From Chitinophagales bacterium (GTDB lineage: Bacteria; Bacteroidota; Bacteroidia; Chitinophagales; JADIYW01), in assembly GCA_023957235.1 (NCBI GenBank), contig JAMLHI010000004.1, positions 75,422 through 139,421 of the forward strand: a stretch of 64,000 nucleotides of DNA. The letters are read 5' to 3'. The notes under the pieces were generated by a model that saw only the letters and a program-made list of their open reading frames with translations, searched no databases and was not told where the DNA came from. The translations under genes and the position numbers were made by a program. Positions 1-11,286 of this stretch are shown here, one piece after another; the stretch's first letter is position 1, and every line of letters starts with the position of its first letter.

Positions 1-465
1 CAAAGTGAAAATGGAAAACTCAATGAAAGAATCTTTACTTATTTACTTGACAATACAGAAATTTCTCTTCCAGATGCGTTTTTGAAAAAATGGATCATGG
101 CTTCAAATGAGAAACCACTTTCTGAAGAAGAATTAGAAGCTGAATATCCTGCTTTTGCTCGTAATCTAAAATGGTCATTGATTGTCAATAAGATATCTAA
201 AGATAATGATTTGAAAGGTGATTTTGAAGAGGTAAAAGAATACTCAAAAGAAGCACTTCGTCAGCAGTTGAGACAATATTCTCCTACTGGAGAGGGTTTC
301 TCAGATGATGATTTAGAAATGCTCAATAATAGTATGTTGGCAAAAGAAGACCATGTCAAAAAGTCATTTGATGCTGTTATGGAACAAAAATTGTTTACTG
401 TTATTAAGCAACAATTAACAATTGAAGATGAAGTTGTCAGTTTTGAAGATTTTTTTAAATCATAA
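1..465 (+). CDS. tig: Trigger factor, C-terminal part (5' end outside the window)
   Basis: Frame 1 is open from base 1 (QSENGKLNERIFTYLLDNTEISLPDAFLKKW...) into the listed ORF 82..465. The sequence is acidic and helical, and it sits immediately upstream of clpP-clpX, reproducing the conserved tig-clpP-clpX order. Confidence 0.7.
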   Translation, partial: QSENGKLNERIFTYLLDNTEISLPDAFLKKWIMASNEKPLSEEELEAEYPAFARNLKWSLIVNKISKDNDLKGDFEEVKEYSKEALRQQLRQYSPTGEGFSDDDLEMLNNSMLAKEDHVKKSFDAVMEQKLFTVIKQQLTIEDEVVSFEDFFKS

Positions 466-476
466 ATAAATACACT

Positions 477-1151
477 ATGGATTTTGGTAAAGAATTTAAA
501 AAATTTGCTGTAAAGGAAAGAGGACTTTCAGATTGGGGGGTAGATCAATATTTGCAACATTCAATTACAAGTATGACACCTAATATCATTGAAGAGCGTC
601 CAATGAATATTGCAGCATTAGATGTGTTCTCTAGATTAATGATGGATCGTATTATTTTTTTAGGTACAGGTATTGATGATTATATTGCTAATATTATCAC
701 AGCACAGTTATTGTTTTTAGATTCTGTTGATTCCAAAAGAGATATTCAGATTTATGTAAATAGCCCTGGAGGTGGAGTGTATGCTGGATTAGGAATATAT
801 GATACAATGCAATATGTCAATCCAGATGTAGCAACAATATGTACAGGTATAGCTGCTTCAATGGGGGCAGTATTATTGTGTGCTGGTGCAAAAGGCAAGC
901 GTTCTGCACTCAAACACAGTAGAGTGATGATACACCAGCCATTGGGCGGTGCTCAAGGTCAAGCTTCAGATATGGAAATTACATTGAAAGAAATGTTGAA
1001 ACTGAAAAAGGAACTTTACGATATCATTGCTGTTCATTCTGGCCAAACTTTTGAAAAAGTGGAAGCTGATTCTGATAGAGATTATTGGATGACTTCATCA
1101 GAGGCAAAAGAATACGGAATGATTGATGAAGTATTGTTTAGACAGAAATAA
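477..1151 (+). CDS. clpP: ATP-dependent Clp protease proteolytic subunit
   Basis: ClpP family motifs are present: NSPGGGVYAGLGIYDTM, the catalytic Ser context TGIAASMGAVLL and the His context RVMIHQPLGG. Length is 224 aa and clpX follows. Confidence 0.97.
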   Translation: MDFGKEFKKFAVKERGLSDWGVDQYLQHSITSMTPNIIEERPMNIAALDVFSRLMMDRIIFLGTGIDDYIANIITAQLLFLDSVDSKRDIQIYVNSPGGGVYAGLGIYDTMQYVNPDVATICTGIAASMGAVLLCAGAKGKRSALKHSRVMIHQPLGGAQGQASDMEITLKEMLKLKKELYDIIAVHSGQTFEKVEADSDRDYWMTSSEAKEYGMIDEVLFRQK

Positions 1152-1160
1152 ATATAGATT

Positions 1161-1207
1161 TTGGCAGTCAATGTTAGAGATATATTCGACTGCCAAGATT
1201 GTTTTTT
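1161..1207 (+). terminator. Intrinsic terminator-like hairpin after clpP
   Basis: Stem ttggcagtc (1161-1169) pairs with gactgccaa (1188-1196), followed by gattgttttttg. A second, weaker hairpin ttggac...gtccaa follows. Confidence 0.55.
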
Positions 1208-1306
1208 GATTGGACTTTATTAGATGATTGTTGTCCAATTGTAATAAAAATTATTAATTAGGGTTGATTGTATTAAAATCATTCTACTTTTATAAATTAA
1301 TCAATA

Positions 1307-2545
1307 ATGGTTAAGAAGAGTTTGCAATTTTGTTCGTTTTGCGGTAAGTCTAAGAATGAAGTCATGATATTGATTTCAGGGATGGATGCACATATTTGTG
1401 AAAATTGTGTCAATCAAGCTCAACAGATTATTCAGGAAGAACTTCAACATCATCATAAGAAAGGTGGATTTGTCTTAAATTCCAATTTAAAGCCTAAAAG
1501 CATTAAAGAATTTTTAGATGATTATATTATTGGTCAAGATGAAGCCAAGAAAGTAATCGCTGTTGCAGTATATAATCACTATAAAAGACTCAACCTGCCT
1601 GCCAAAGAAGATGATATTGAAATTGAAAAATCTAATATTATACTAGTAGGAAGAACTGGCACTGGAAAAACATTGATTGCCAAAACGATAGCAAAATTAT
1701 TAAATGTACCTTTTGCTATTGTTGATGCGACTGTATTTACTGAGGCAGGATATGTTGGCGAAGATGTAGAAAGTATTTTGACAAGATTGCTTCAAGTATG
1801 CGATTATAATGTCGATGTTGCCCAGAAAGGAATCGTTTATATTGATGAGATTGATAAAATTGCTCGCAAAAGTGACAATCCTTCTATCACACGTGATGTT
1901 TCAGGTGAGGGTGTACAACAGTCATTGTTGAAAATGTTGGAAGGAACCGAAGTCTTGGTTCCGCCTCAAGGTGGACGTAAGCACCCTGACCAAAAGCTGG
2001 TTAAAGTAGAGACAAAAAATATTTTATTCATCTGCGGTGGAGCATTCGATGGAATTGAAAGAAAAATTGGCAATAGAATTCAGCGTCAGGAGATAGGTTT
2101 TAAAAAGATTGATTCCAATGATGAAAAGATTGATAAAGAAAATTTATTAAAATATATCAATCATTCAGACTTAAAAGCTTTTGGTTTGATACCAGAATTA
2201 CTTGGTCGATTGCCCATATTGTCATATTTGGAACCATTAGATAAAAATGCGTTGAAAGATATTTTGACAAAGCCGAAAAATGCATTAGTTAAACAATTTT
2301 CTAAGCTTTTTGAAATGGAGAATATTCAATTGAAAATTGAGGATGATGCATTGGATTTCATTGTGGATCAAGCCATGGAGAATAAGTTGGGTGCAAGAGG
2401 TTTGAGATCTATTATGGAGGCAATTATGAATGATGCGATGTTTGAATTGCCTTCTCAAGAGGAAGTCAAAAAATTTGTAGTGAGTAGATCTTACGCTGAA
2501 GAAAAAATAAAAAAGACGAATACAAGTAAACAAAAAGTTGCTTAA
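1307..2545 (+). CDS. clpX: ATP-dependent Clp protease ATP-binding subunit ClpX
   Basis: N-terminal C4 zinc finger (CSFCGK...CENC), Walker [10 protein letters not shown] and Walker B VYIDEIDK. Length is 412 aa, directly downstream of clpP. Confidence 0.97.
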   Translation: MVKKSLQFCSFCGKSKNEVMILISGMDAHICENCVNQAQQIIQEELQHHHKKGGFVLNSNLKPKSIKEFLDDYIIGQDEAKKVIAVAVYNHYKRLNLPAKEDDIEIEKSNIILVGRTGTGKTLIAKTIAKLLNVPFAIVDATVFTEAGYVGEDVESILTRLLQVCDYNVDVAQKGIVYIDEIDKIARKSDNPSITRDVSGEGVQQSLLKMLEGTEVLVPPQGGRKHPDQKLVKVETKNILFICGGAFDGIERKIGNRIQRQEIGFKKIDSNDEKIDKENLLKYINHSDLKAFGLIPELLGRLPILSYLEPLDKNALKDILTKPKNALVKQFSKLFEMENIQLKIEDDALDFIVDQAMENKLGARGLRSIMEAIMNDAMFELPSQEEVKKFVVSRSYAEEKIKKTNTSKQKVA

Positions 2546-2587
2546 TGTGTTCTAAATATTGAATTATATCACTTAAATAAAATAATC

Positions 2588-3184
2588 ATGGCATTTGAAT
2601 TACCAAAATTACCTTATGCGTATGATGCTTTAGAGCCTCATATTGATGGAAGAACAATGGAAATCCATTATAGTAAACACCATCAAGCATATACTACCAA
2701 CTTGAATGCAGCTATTCAAGGTACTGCACTAGAAGGAAAATCAATTGAAGAAGTATTAGTTGAAGGAAAAGATATTCCTGCTGTTAGAAATAACGGTGGC
2801 GGGTTCTATAATCACAATTTATTTTGGACGGTAATGAGTCCAAATGGTGGTGGACTTCCAAAAGGTGAATTAGCTACTGCAATTGATAGTTCATTTGGTT
2901 CATTTGATGCATTTAAAGAACAGTTTGCTAAAGCTGCAGCTACTAGGTTTGGTTCTGGTTGGGCGTGGTTGAGCGCACATAATGGAAAATTAGAAATTTG
3001 CTCTACCCCTAATCAAGATAACCCAATTATGGATGGAAAATGTGGTGAGCCAATTTTAGCTCTTGATGTATGGGAGCATGCCTATTATCTACACTACCAA
3101 AATAGAAGACCTGACTATATTAGTGCTTTTTGGAATGTAGTAAATTGGGATGAGGTTGCAAGAAGATTTGCTGCTGCCAAATAA
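2588..3184 (+). CDS. Fe/Mn-family superoxide dismutase
   Basis: Signature [18 protein letters not shown] and an N-terminal [13 protein letters not shown]...HYSKHH. Length is 198 aa. Confidence 0.95.
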   Translation: MAFELPKLPYAYDALEPHIDGRTMEIHYSKHHQAYTTNLNAAIQGTALEGKSIEEVLVEGKDIPAVRNNGGGFYNHNLFWTVMSPNGGGLPKGELATAIDSSFGSFDAFKEQFAKAAATRFGSGWAWLSAHNGKLEICSTPNQDNPIMDGKCGEPILALDVWEHAYYLHYQNRRPDYISAFWNVVNWDEVARRFAAAK

Positions 3185-3204
3185 ATTTCAAAGATTTTAT
3201 ATTT

Positions 3205-3242
3205 AAAAGAGGTTGCCTTTTCATTGAGACAACCTCTTTTTT
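3205..3242 (+). terminator. Intrinsic terminator after sod
   Basis: aaaagaggttg (3205-3215) pairs with caacctctttt (3230-3240), followed by a T run. Confidence 0.7.
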
Positions 3243-3252
3243 ATTGTACATG

Positions 3253-3295
3253 AAACCAAAAAGCTCAGAAGTATTTCTGAGCTTTTTGGTTTTTT
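3253..3295. terminator. Bidirectional intrinsic terminator between convergent sod and the beta-oxidation operon
   Basis: Core stem gctcaga/tctgagc is flanked by an A-tract on one side and a T-tract on the other (aaaccaaaaagctcaga agtatt tctgagctttttggtttttt). It therefore reads as stem plus U-tail on both strands. Confidence 0.7.
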
Positions 3296-3305
3296 AAGTG
3301 TCTTA

Positions 3306-5432
3306 CTAAAGAAATTTTTCTCCTTTAGCCGCTTTGTCTAGTAATAATTGAGGAATAGCAAAACGATCACCATATTTGTTTTGTAGTTCCTTGGCCCTTT
3401 TAATAAATTCATTCAATCCATAAGAATTGATAAATTGAAGTGTTCCTCCATAATAGGGCGCAAATCCCCAACCAAAAATTGATCCGATATTAGCGTCCGC
3501 TACAGAAGTAACTACATTTTCTTCTAAACATCTGACCGTGTCTAATGCTTGAACAAAAAGGAGTCTGTCGATAACTTCCTGTTGAGGCAATTGTGATTTT
3601 TCCGGAAAGAGATTAGATAATTCAGGCCATAAATATTTTTTACCACCATCTTTAGGGTATTCATAAAATCCTGCGCCAGCTGCTTTGCCTGGACGATTGA
3701 GTGCTAATAATTTTTCACTGACTGAATATGAAGGATGAGTCGGTAAAGGTTTTCCTTCGGCTTTTAAATCTTCTTCTGTCTGCTTTCTGATATGTGCCAT
3801 CAATGACAAACTCACTTCGTCTGTCAAAGCCAATGGTCCGACTGGCATTCCAGCTTGTAATCCAGTATGTTCAATATATTGAGCGTTTTGACCTTCTCCT
3901 AGCATTGCTATTCCTTCTAATACATAAGTAGAGAATACTCTTGAAGTGTAAAATCCTCTGCTATCATTGACAACGATAGGTGTTTTTTTGATTTGTTTAA
4001 CATAATCAAATGCTTTAGCCAAAGTCTCATCATTGGTTTTTGCCCCTTTTATAATTTCTACAAGAGGCATTTTGTCAACTGGAGAGAAGAAATGAATGCC
4101 GATGAATTTTTCTGGTCTTACAGATGCAGTAGCTAAACCAGTAATAGGAAGAGTTGATGTATTTGAAGCATAGACCCCATTAATATCCATAACTGCCTCT
4201 GATTCTTGAGTTACAGTTGCTTTGATTTTTCTATCTTCAAAAACTGCTTCAATTATTAAGTCAGCACCTTCCACTGATTTTGGGTCAGCAGTAGGAGTGA
4301 TACGATCCAATAATGCCTGAGCTTGTTCTTTAGTCATTTTGCCTTTAGATACAGCTTTTTGAACAAGTTTTTCAGAATAAGATTTTCCAAACTCTGCTTT
4401 TTCTAATGTAGCATCTTTTAAGACAACTTCTATTCCAACGGCTGCTGATACATAAGCAATCCCACTGCCCATCATTCCAGCACCTATCACCCCCAATTTT
4501 TTAGTGATTTGAGGAGGGATATTTTGGGGACGGCTAGCTCCAGCATTGATACTGTTGAGTTGAAACCAGAAAGTTGTGAGCATATTATTGGCTACTTTAC
4601 CAGTAGCTAATTTTGTAAAATATCTTGATTCTATTCTACTTGCAGTATCAAAGTCAACAACTGCACCCTCCACCACAGAGGCTATTATCGCTTCAGGAGC
4701 AGGATAGTTTCCAAATGTCTTTTTCCTTGTCATGGCTGGAACAATTGGTAAAACCGATGCTATCTTTGGATTGCGAGGGTCACCACCAGGTATTTTAAAA
4801 CCTTTGACATCCCAAGGATTTTGAGATTTAGGATTGGCTTTAATCCATTCTTTAGATTTGGCAATTAACTCTTCTTGACTCTCAGCTACATCATCAACTA
4901 GACCAGCTTTTTGGGCTGGGATAGGTTTTAATTTTTTGCCTTCAGTCAGGAAGGGTAAAGAGTTTTGAAGCCCAATAAGTCTTGGCAATCGCACTGTGCC
5001 ACCACCTCCAGGCAATAAACCTAATGTGACTTCAGGTAGCCCAATTACTGACTTTGAATTATTGAGAGCAATTCTCCTATGACAAGAAAGTGCCAATTCA
5101 TAACCGCCTCCCAAAGCTGAGCCATTAATGGCAGCAACGACAGGAAAGCCTAATGTTTCAAGTGCTCTAAATCCTTTTTTGAGGTTTTCAGCCATATCAA
5201 AAATGGATTGAGCATCAGTATTTTTATATAGACTATCTAAATCTGCACCAGCAAGAAAAGTGGACTTGGCTGAAGTAATAATAACACCTGCAATACTTTT
5301 CTCTTGGGTTAATTTTGTAAGTACTTCTTGGAATAACTTGCCAAATTCATCATTGATCACATTTGCAGAACGATTCTGCATATCCATAGTGATAGTGACT
5401 ATATTATCTTGATCTTTTTCGTATCTGAACAT
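3306..5432 (-). CDS. Bifunctional enoyl-CoA hydratase / 3-hydroxyacyl-CoA dehydrogenase (FadB/FadJ-like)
   Basis: N-terminal crotonase fold (FLAGADLD, GSALGGGYELAL), a central Rossmann motif (VIGAGMMGSGIA) and a 3-HCDH C-terminal region. Length is 708 aa, downstream of a thiolase gene. Confidence 0.93.
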   Translation of the reverse strand: MFRYEKDQDNIVTITMDMQNRSANVINDEFGKLFQEVLTKLTQEKSIAGVIITSAKSTFLAGADLDSLYKNTDAQSIFDMAENLKKGFRALETLGFPVVAAINGSALGGGYELALSCHRRIALNNSKSVIGLPEVTLGLLPGGGGTVRLPRLIGLQNSLPFLTEGKKLKPIPAQKAGLVDDVAESQEELIAKSKEWIKANPKSQNPWDVKGFKIPGGDPRNPKIASVLPIVPAMTRKKTFGNYPAPEAIIASVVEGAVVDFDTASRIESRYFTKLATGKVANNMLTTFWFQLNSINAGASRPQNIPPQITKKLGVIGAGMMGSGIAYVSAAVGIEVVLKDATLEKAEFGKSYSEKLVQKAVSKGKMTKEQAQALLDRITPTADPKSVEGADLIIEAVFEDRKIKATVTQESEAVMDINGVYASNTSTLPITGLATASVRPEKFIGIHFFSPVDKMPLVEIIKGAKTNDETLAKAFDYVKQIKKTPIVVNDSRGFYTSRVFSTYVLEGIAMLGEGQNAQYIEHTGLQAGMPVGPLALTDEVSLSLMAHIRKQTEEDLKAEGKPLPTHPSYSVSEKLLALNRPGKAAGAGFYEYPKDGGKKYLWPELSNLFPEKSQLPQQEVIDRLLFVQALDTVRCLEENVVTSVADANIGSIFGWGFAPYYGGTLQFINSYGLNEFIKRAKELQNKYGDRFAIPQLLLDKAAKGEKFL

Positions 5433-5462
5433 GAATATTGTTTTAAAATTTTAAAATAAAAA

Positions 5463-6668
5463 TTATACTCTCTCAATTATTGTAGTTACCCCCATGCCTC
5501 CACCTACGCATAAAGTAATTAAAGCAGTGGCTTTACCAGTTCTTTCCAATTCATCTAAGGCTGTTCCTAATATCATAGCCCCAGTAGCTCCAAGTGGATG
5601 CCCCAATGCAATTGCACCACCATTAACATTAAGTTTTTCATCAGGACAATTGATGTCTCTTTGTAGTTTCAAGACTGCGGATGCAAAAGCTTCATTCATC
5701 TCAACTAAATCAATGTCATGAATAGTCATTCCTGCTTTTTTTAATGCTAATAAGGATGCAGGACCTGGGCCTGTAAGCATTATTGTAGGCTCTGTGGATG
5801 TGTGTGCAGCCATTCTAATTCGTGCTCTAGGTTTCAATCCTAAAGACGCTCCTTTTTCTTTACTTCCTATTAATACCAATGCAGCACCATCTACGATTCC
5901 TGAAGAGTTACCTGGATGATGAACATGGTTGATAGTCGAAAGTTGTGGGTATCTTTGTAGTGCTACGGCATCAAAACCCATTTCACCAGGCATGGCAAAT
6001 GATGGTGAAAGAGACAATAATCCTTCTAAAGTGGTATCTGGACGGTTGAATTCATCTTCTTCTAAGATAACTAAGCCATTAATGTCTTTTACTGGAATAA
6101 CTGAATTTTTAAAATATCCCGCGGCTTTAGCTGCTGCTGCTCTTTTTTGAGACCTTAATGCATACTTGTCTAATTCTTCTCTACTAAAACCTTCTAAGGT
6201 GGCAATTAAGTCAGCACTTATACCTTGTGGTACAAAATGAGTATTGAAACTTACAGATGGATCGAGAAACCATGGACCTCCATCAGAACCCATTGGTATT
6301 CTTGACATGGATTCAACGCCCCCTGCTACTATCATGTCGTGCCAACCTGAACGAACCTTTGCAGCAGCCAAATTGATAGCTTCAAGACCAGAAGCACAAA
6401 ATCTGTTGAGTTGAAATCCCGAAACAGAATCATCCCATCCTGCGTGAAGAGCTGCAATCTTGGCAATATTACCACCTTGATCACCTACAGGTGTTACACA
6501 CCCAAGTATGACATCTTCTACTTCTTTGGTATTGAATCCATTTCTTTCTTGCATGGATTTGAGTAATCCTGCTACTAGATTAATTGGTGTTACTTCATGC
6601 AGTGAACCATTTTTCTTGCCTTTACCTCTCGGTGTTCTTATGGCATCAAAAATATAAGCTTCATTCAT
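5463..6668 (-). CDS. Acetyl-CoA C-acyltransferase (thiolase)
   Basis: Thiolase motifs are present: active-site Cys context [28 protein letters not shown] and CVGGGMG near the C-terminus. Length is 401 aa. Confidence 0.95.
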   Translation of the reverse strand: MNEAYIFDAIRTPRGKGKKNGSLHEVTPINLVAGLLKSMQERNGFNTKEVEDVILGCVTPVGDQGGNIAKIAALHAGWDDSVSGFQLNRFCASGLEAINLAAAKVRSGWHDMIVAGGVESMSRIPMGSDGGPWFLDPSVSFNTHFVPQGISADLIATLEGFSREELDKYALRSQKRAAAAKAAGYFKNSVIPVKDINGLVILEEDEFNRPDTTLEGLLSLSPSFAMPGEMGFDAVALQRYPQLSTINHVHHPGNSSGIVDGAALVLIGSKEKGASLGLKPRARIRMAAHTSTEPTIMLTGPGPASLLALKKAGMTIHDIDLVEMNEAFASAVLKLQRDINCPDEKLNVNGGAIALGHPLGATGAMILGTALDELERTGKATALITLCVGGGMGVTTIIERV

Positions 6669-6697
6669 ACTAAAAAATAATTTTAAAGTTTTAAATT

Positions 6698-6711
6698 AAC
6701 AAACGTTTGTT
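6698..6711. promoter_or_regulatory. Perfect 14-bp palindrome AACAAACGTTTGTT in the beta-oxidation operon leader (candidate operator)
   Basis: Seen directly. It lies 30-43 nt upstream of the thiolase ATG (6668, minus strand), just downstream of a near-consensus -7-like box TACTTTTA. Confidence 0.4.
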
Positions 6712-7012
6712 TGGTTAAAAGTAAACTTAAACAATTCTTGAGTATTTATGCAATAAGTACTATCAGTTTTTTTAAATATTTTTTAAATATTTAGTAGTGT
6801 ATGCTGATTAAAATATGGATAAAGGTGCCAATCGGAAAATGTGTTATCTGCTTCAGGGATGAATTAGTATAAACCTTTATGGAGAAAAATACCGATTATT
6901 AAATTTTGGTGTTTTATTCAACCTTACACCTTTTTTTAATTAGATAAAAAGGTGTAAAGCTGAATAATAGTGGAGGAAATATGTAACACACAAACAAATT
7001 ATTATTATTTAA

Positions 7013-7915
7013 CTATACAAGACTTTTAATTAGGTCTTCTTTTGTGCCTTCTAGTAAATCTATTAAAGGAATCTCAATCATAGTATATGCTCCTGGTGCT
7101 AGCCTTTTACTTGCTCTAGCGCAAGAAACAAGGATTTGACCAGTTAAAGATGGATTGTTGATAGTCATATTAAATTCAAATAATTGATTATCAGTGCTTC
7201 CAGAGACACCTTTGCGAACAAGATTGACGCCATGGCCTTTGTCTAAAAGATTGTCAACACTAGGTACTAAAGTAACATGAGTTTCATCATGAGAGAAGTA
7301 TTCATCATTTTTAATAGCTTGTGAAATTTGATCAAAACTATACCCATCTTCTATTTCTACATATACCATTCTTCTATGAATGCTAGTGCCTAATGGAATA
7401 GTCATAGATAAAGCTTTTTTCACTCCTTTTATTGCTTTTACTGCTACTGTATGTCCCATGCTCATTCCTGGGCCAAAATTGGTATAGCTAATTCCTTTTG
7501 GTGCCATTGCTAAGAATAAAGCTCTAATGACAGAATCGCTTCCTGGATCCCATCCGGCAGAAATGATTGAAACCGCTTTGTGAGATTTTGCTATAGGATC
7601 TAATTCTTGACGCAAATCCCAAATTCCTGTATGAATATCAAAGCTATCAATAGTGCTAATTCCTAACGCTAGAATCTTTTTAGCTTGTTCAGATACTTTT
7701 CTACTAGGTGAACAAATAATAGCTACATCTACATTTTTTAATTTTTCGATATCATCTACTATTTCTATTCCTGTTAATTCATAAGGTCGAGTACTGGTGG
7801 ATGATGGTCTTCTCACAACTCCTGCAACTTCAAAGTCAGAAGAAGAAAGTAAGGCTTCTAATACTGATTTGCCGATATTGCCATATCCAATAATTGCTGC
7901 TCTAATTTTTGCCAT
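7013..7915 (-). CDS. ddh: meso-Diaminopimelate D-dehydrogenase
   Basis: Length 300 aa. N-terminal Rossmann motif IRAAIIGYGNIGKSVLEAL, with overall length and sequence typical of Bacteroidota Ddh (GWDPGSDS, MSMGHTVA). Confidence 0.85.
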   Translation of the reverse strand: MAKIRAAIIGYGNIGKSVLEALLSSSDFEVAGVVRRPSSTSTRPYELTGIEIVDDIEKLKNVDVAIICSPSRKVSEQAKKILALGISTIDSFDIHTGIWDLRQELDPIAKSHKAVSIISAGWDPGSDSVIRALFLAMAPKGISYTNFGPGMSMGHTVAVKAIKGVKKALSMTIPLGTSIHRRMVYVEIEDGYSFDQISQAIKNDEYFSHDETHVTLVPSVDNLLDKGHGVNLVRKGVSGSTDNQLFEFNMTINNPSLTGQILVSCARASKRLAPGAYTMIEIPLIDLLEGTKEDLIKSLV

Positions 7916-8055
7916 AATGGTGTTTTTTTTAAAAATGAAATAATTAGTTTTTTCTAGGTTATATTAATGATATGACAAAATAACACACAAAATAATTTAA
8001 AATGTCTTTTTTTTAGGTTAATTTATTATAAAATTTTAAATTTTATGCTTCTTTT

Positions 8056-8063
8056 TATCTTTG
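8056..8063 (+). promoter_or_regulatory. Bacteroidota-type -7 promoter box TATCTTTG for the EVE-domain gene
   Basis: Exact match to TAnnTTTG. It lies inside the N-terminal extension of the raw ORF 8045.., which argues for the downstream ATG at 8120 as the true start. Confidence 0.45.
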
Positions 8064-8119
8064 TGTGTATTTTTGATGGATGTTATTACTTTTTTCAATC
8101 TTGTCTTAAATTCTTCTTT

Positions 8120-8515
8120 ATGAACTATTGGTTAATGAAAACTGAGCCAGATACTTTTTCATTTTTTGATTTAATGAAAAGGACATCAGAAATGTGGGAT
8201 GGTGTTCGTAATTATCAAGCTAGAAATTTTATGAAAGAGATGGAAGTCGAAGATTTATGTTTGATTTATCATAGTGGGAAGGAGAGAGGGATCGCTGGAA
8301 TAGGGAAGATTGTGAAATCTGCTTATCAAGATCCAACTGATTCAACTGGTAAATGGATTTGTGTAGATGTTGCACCAGTAAGAAAAATAGAATTTTTACC
8401 CTTAAATATTATGAAAACAAAATCTGGTTTGGAAGACTTGATGCTCTTCAGGCAAGGGCGACTTTCTGTGATGCCAGTGAGTAAAAAGCAGTTTAATATA
8501 ATTGTAGAGAGATAG
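8120..8515 (+). CDS. EVE (PUA-like) domain protein
   Basis: MNYWLMKTEPDTFSF...WDGVRNYQARNFM...IYHSG is the typical EVE-domain N-terminus. I take the start at the internal ATG; the raw ORF begins at 8045. Confidence 0.8.
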   Translation: MNYWLMKTEPDTFSFFDLMKRTSEMWDGVRNYQARNFMKEMEVEDLCLIYHSGKERGIAGIGKIVKSAYQDPTDSTGKWICVDVAPVRKIEFLPLNIMKTKSGLEDLMLFRQGRLSVMPVSKKQFNIIVER

Positions 8516-8714
8516 AAAGGATTGATTCAATTTGTTTTTATCCAATAATAGTCTTTAGTTCTTGTAATTGTCATTTGATTGAGTTTCATTATTGTGAGAT
8601 ACATTACTTTGTTAAAAATGCTAATATTATTTATTCTTATTGAGTTGTGGAAATCTTTACTTCTTTAAGCCATGAAAATTTCTTATTTTTACAAGTTGTT
8701 AAATATGCAAAATT

Positions 8715-11273
8715 ATGGCTGAAGAAGAAAGTCTGACCCCACGGATAATTCCTATTAATATTGAAGAAGAAATGAAGACAGCCTATATAGATTATTCTAT
8801 GTCGGTAATTGTTTCAAGAGCCTTGCCTGATGTTCGTGATGGATTAAAACCTGTACACAGACGTGTGTTGTATGGTATGCAAGATTTGGGTGTTTACTCC
8901 AATCGTCCTTATAAGAAATCAGCTCGTATTGTCGGAGAGGTATTGGGTAAATATCATCCTCATGGCGACTCCTCTGTATATGACACTATGGTACGTATGG
9001 CACAAGAGTGGTCATTGCGTTATATGTTAGTTGATGGTCAGGGTAACTTTGGTTCAGTCGATGGTGACAGTCCAGCGGCAATGCGTTATACTGAAGCAAG
9101 ATTGAGAAAGATTGCTGAGGAAATGCTTGGGGATTTGGATAAAGAGACAGTAGATTTTCAACTTAACTTTGATGATTCTCTTCAGGAACCTACAGTATTA
9201 CCTTCAAAAGTTCCACAATTATTAGTAAATGGAGCATCTGGTATTGCAGTTGGTATGGCGACCAATATAATGCCTCATAACCTATCTGAGGTGTGTGATG
9301 GAATTATAGCTTATATTGATAATAATGATATTTCTATAGATGAATTGATGCATTTTGTTCAGGCACCTGATTTTCCTACTGGTGGTACTATTTATGGATT
9401 AGAAGGTGTAAAAGAAGGCTTTAGAACAGGTAGAGGTAAAGTCAAAGTGAGAGCAAAGGCTATTATTGAAGAAGATAAGCATGGACGTACACAAATAATC
9501 GTTTCTGAAATTCCTTATCAAGTCAATAAAGCTAATCTGATTTCCAAGACTGCTGAATTAATCAATGATAAGAAGATAGAAGGTATTGCAGATATTCGTG
9601 ATGAATCAGATAGAGAAGGAATGCGTATTGTTTATGATTTAAAAAGAGATGCCATTCCTAATGTTGTATTGAACAATTTATATTTATATACACAACTTCA
9701 GACTTCTTATGGTATCAACAATATAGCATTAGTCAATGGTCGCCCTGAAGTGCTGAACCTTAAAGATATGATTCTACACTTTGTAGAATTTAGACATGAA
9801 GTTGTTGTTAGAAGAACGAAATATGAACTTGCCCAAGCTGAAAAACGTGCTCATATTTTAGAAGGCTTATTAATTGCTTTAGATAATATTGATGAAGTTA
9901 TCGAATTGATTAAAAAATCTTCCAACGGTGATGCTGCTAGGGAAGGATTGATGACAAGATTTGGATTGTCAGAGATACAAGCAAGAGCAATCCTAGATAT
10001 GAGATTGCAAAGGTTGACTGGACTTGAACAAGATAAAATCAGAGAAGAATATAAAGAAATTCAGGCTACAATTGAAAGACTTAATGAAATTCTAGCTAAC
10101 AAGCATCTTCGAATGGAAATCATCAAAGAGGAAACTTTAGATATCAAAAGTAAATATGGTGATAATAGAAGAACAGACATCATTCCTTTTGGAGATAATA
10201 TCTCTATGGAGGATCTAATTGCTAATGAGGAAGTCGTTGTCACAATTTCACATTTAGGATATATCAAACGTACTAATCTTGAAGAATATAAAGTTCAGGG
10301 ACGTGGTGGCAAAGGATCTTTTGGTGGCAAAACTCGTGATGCAGACTTTATTGAACATCTATTTATAGCTTCTACACACAATTATCTATTGCTATTTACC
10401 GAACAAGGAAAGTGTTATTGGCTGAAAGTTTATGAAATTCCTGAGGGCAATAAAACCTCTAAAGGAAGACCAATACAAAATTTATTAAACTTACCTCAAG
10501 GTGATAAAGTTAAAGCTTATATCAAAATCACAGATTTGAAAGATGAAGAGTTTTTGGATACCCATTTTGTTGTGATGGTAACTACTGGAGGAACAGTTAA
10601 GAAAACATCTGTAAGAGAATATTCTCGTCCAAGATCTAATGGTGTGAATGCTATTAGTGTTAGAGAAGGAGATGAATTATTAGCAGCTGAGTTAACCAAT
10701 GGTCAGTGCGAAATTATTTTGGGTTCTTCTTATGGTTATGCAGTAAGATTTAATGAAGAAGATGCTAGACCAATTGGACGAACTGGTATGGGAGTGAAAG
10801 GAATCACTCTGAGAGGGGATGATGATAAAGTTATCGGCATGGTAGTCGTAGATAAAACATCTGAAAATAGACCTGAAATCATGGTGGTTTCTGAAAATGG
10901 CTTTGGAAAACGCACTTATCTAGACGATCCTGAAACTGGAGAACCTGTATATCGTATTACCAGCAGGGGAGGGAAAGGAGTGATTACACTCAATACTACT
11001 GATAAAACTGGTAAACTGATTTCAATATCCTCTGTTACAGATGATGATGATTTGATGATTATTAACCGTTCAGGCATTACCATCAGAATCAGCCTTTTAG
11101 AGTTGAGAGTGATGGGAAGAAATACTCAAGGTGTAAAACTCATTAATCTGAAGAATGATGATATTATCGCTGCTGTATCAAAAGTAGAAAGGACTCAGGA
11201 TGAAGAGACTGATGCCAATGAAAATGAAGAGACTGATACTGCAGATAATGGCAATTCTAATACAGAATCATAA
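8715..11273 (+). CDS. gyrA: DNA gyrase subunit A
   Basis: [28 protein letters not shown] region [10 protein letters not shown] and active-site Tyr context [11 protein letters not shown]-terminal beta-pinwheel repeats are followed by an acidic tail. Length is 852 aa. Confidence 0.98.
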   Translation: MAEEESLTPRIIPINIEEEMKTAYIDYSMSVIVSRALPDVRDGLKPVHRRVLYGMQDLGVYSNRPYKKSARIVGEVLGKYHPHGDSSVYDTMVRMAQEWSLRYMLVDGQGNFGSVDGDSPAAMRYTEARLRKIAEEMLGDLDKETVDFQLNFDDSLQEPTVLPSKVPQLLVNGASGIAVGMATNIMPHNLSEVCDGIIAYIDNNDISIDELMHFVQAPDFPTGGTIYGLEGVKEGFRTGRGKVKVRAKAIIEEDKHGRTQIIVSEIPYQVNKANLISKTAELINDKKIEGIADIRDESDREGMRIVYDLKRDAIPNVVLNNLYLYTQLQTSYGINNIALVNGRPEVLNLKDMILHFVEFRHEVVVRRTKYELAQAEKRAHILEGLLIALDNIDEVIELIKKSSNGDAAREGLMTRFGLSEIQARAILDMRLQRLTGLEQDKIREEYKEIQATIERLNEILANKHLRMEIIKEETLDIKSKYGDNRRTDIIPFGDNISMEDLIANEEVVVTISHLGYIKRTNLEEYKVQGRGGKGSFGGKTRDADFIEHLFIASTHNYLLLFTEQGKCYWLKVYEIPEGNKTSKGRPIQNLLNLPQGDKVKAYIKITDLKDEEFLDTHFVVMVTTGGTVKKTSVREYSRPRSNGVNAISVREGDELLAAELTNGQCEIILGSSYGYAVRFNEEDARPIGRTGMGVKGITLRGDDDKVIGMVVVDKTSENRPEIMVVSENGFGKRTYLDDPETGEPVYRITSRGGKGVITLNTTDKTGKLISISSVTDDDDLMIINRSGITIRISLLELRVMGRNTQGVKLINLKNDDIIAAVSKVERTQDEETDANENEETDTADNGNSNTES

Positions 11274-11286
11274 ATTGGAATAGTTT

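Noticed and set aside
6923-6959. A long hairpin cttacaccttttt...aaaaaggtgtaag downstream of ddh.
   Set aside because: It could be the ddh terminator, but no U-tract follows it on the minus strand and much of the stem is A/T homopolymer. I did not annotate it as a terminator.
8045-8119. N-terminal extensions in the raw ORF calls. These affect the EVE gene (8045-8119), purN (49609-49656), the amidase (33490-33516), cysO (61393-61461) and moeZ (61098-61127).
   Set aside because: The extensions are hydrophobic or low-complexity, start at non-ATG codons, and in two cases contain the gene's own -7 promoter box or overlap the upstream gene. Internal ATGs give N-termini typical of the families.
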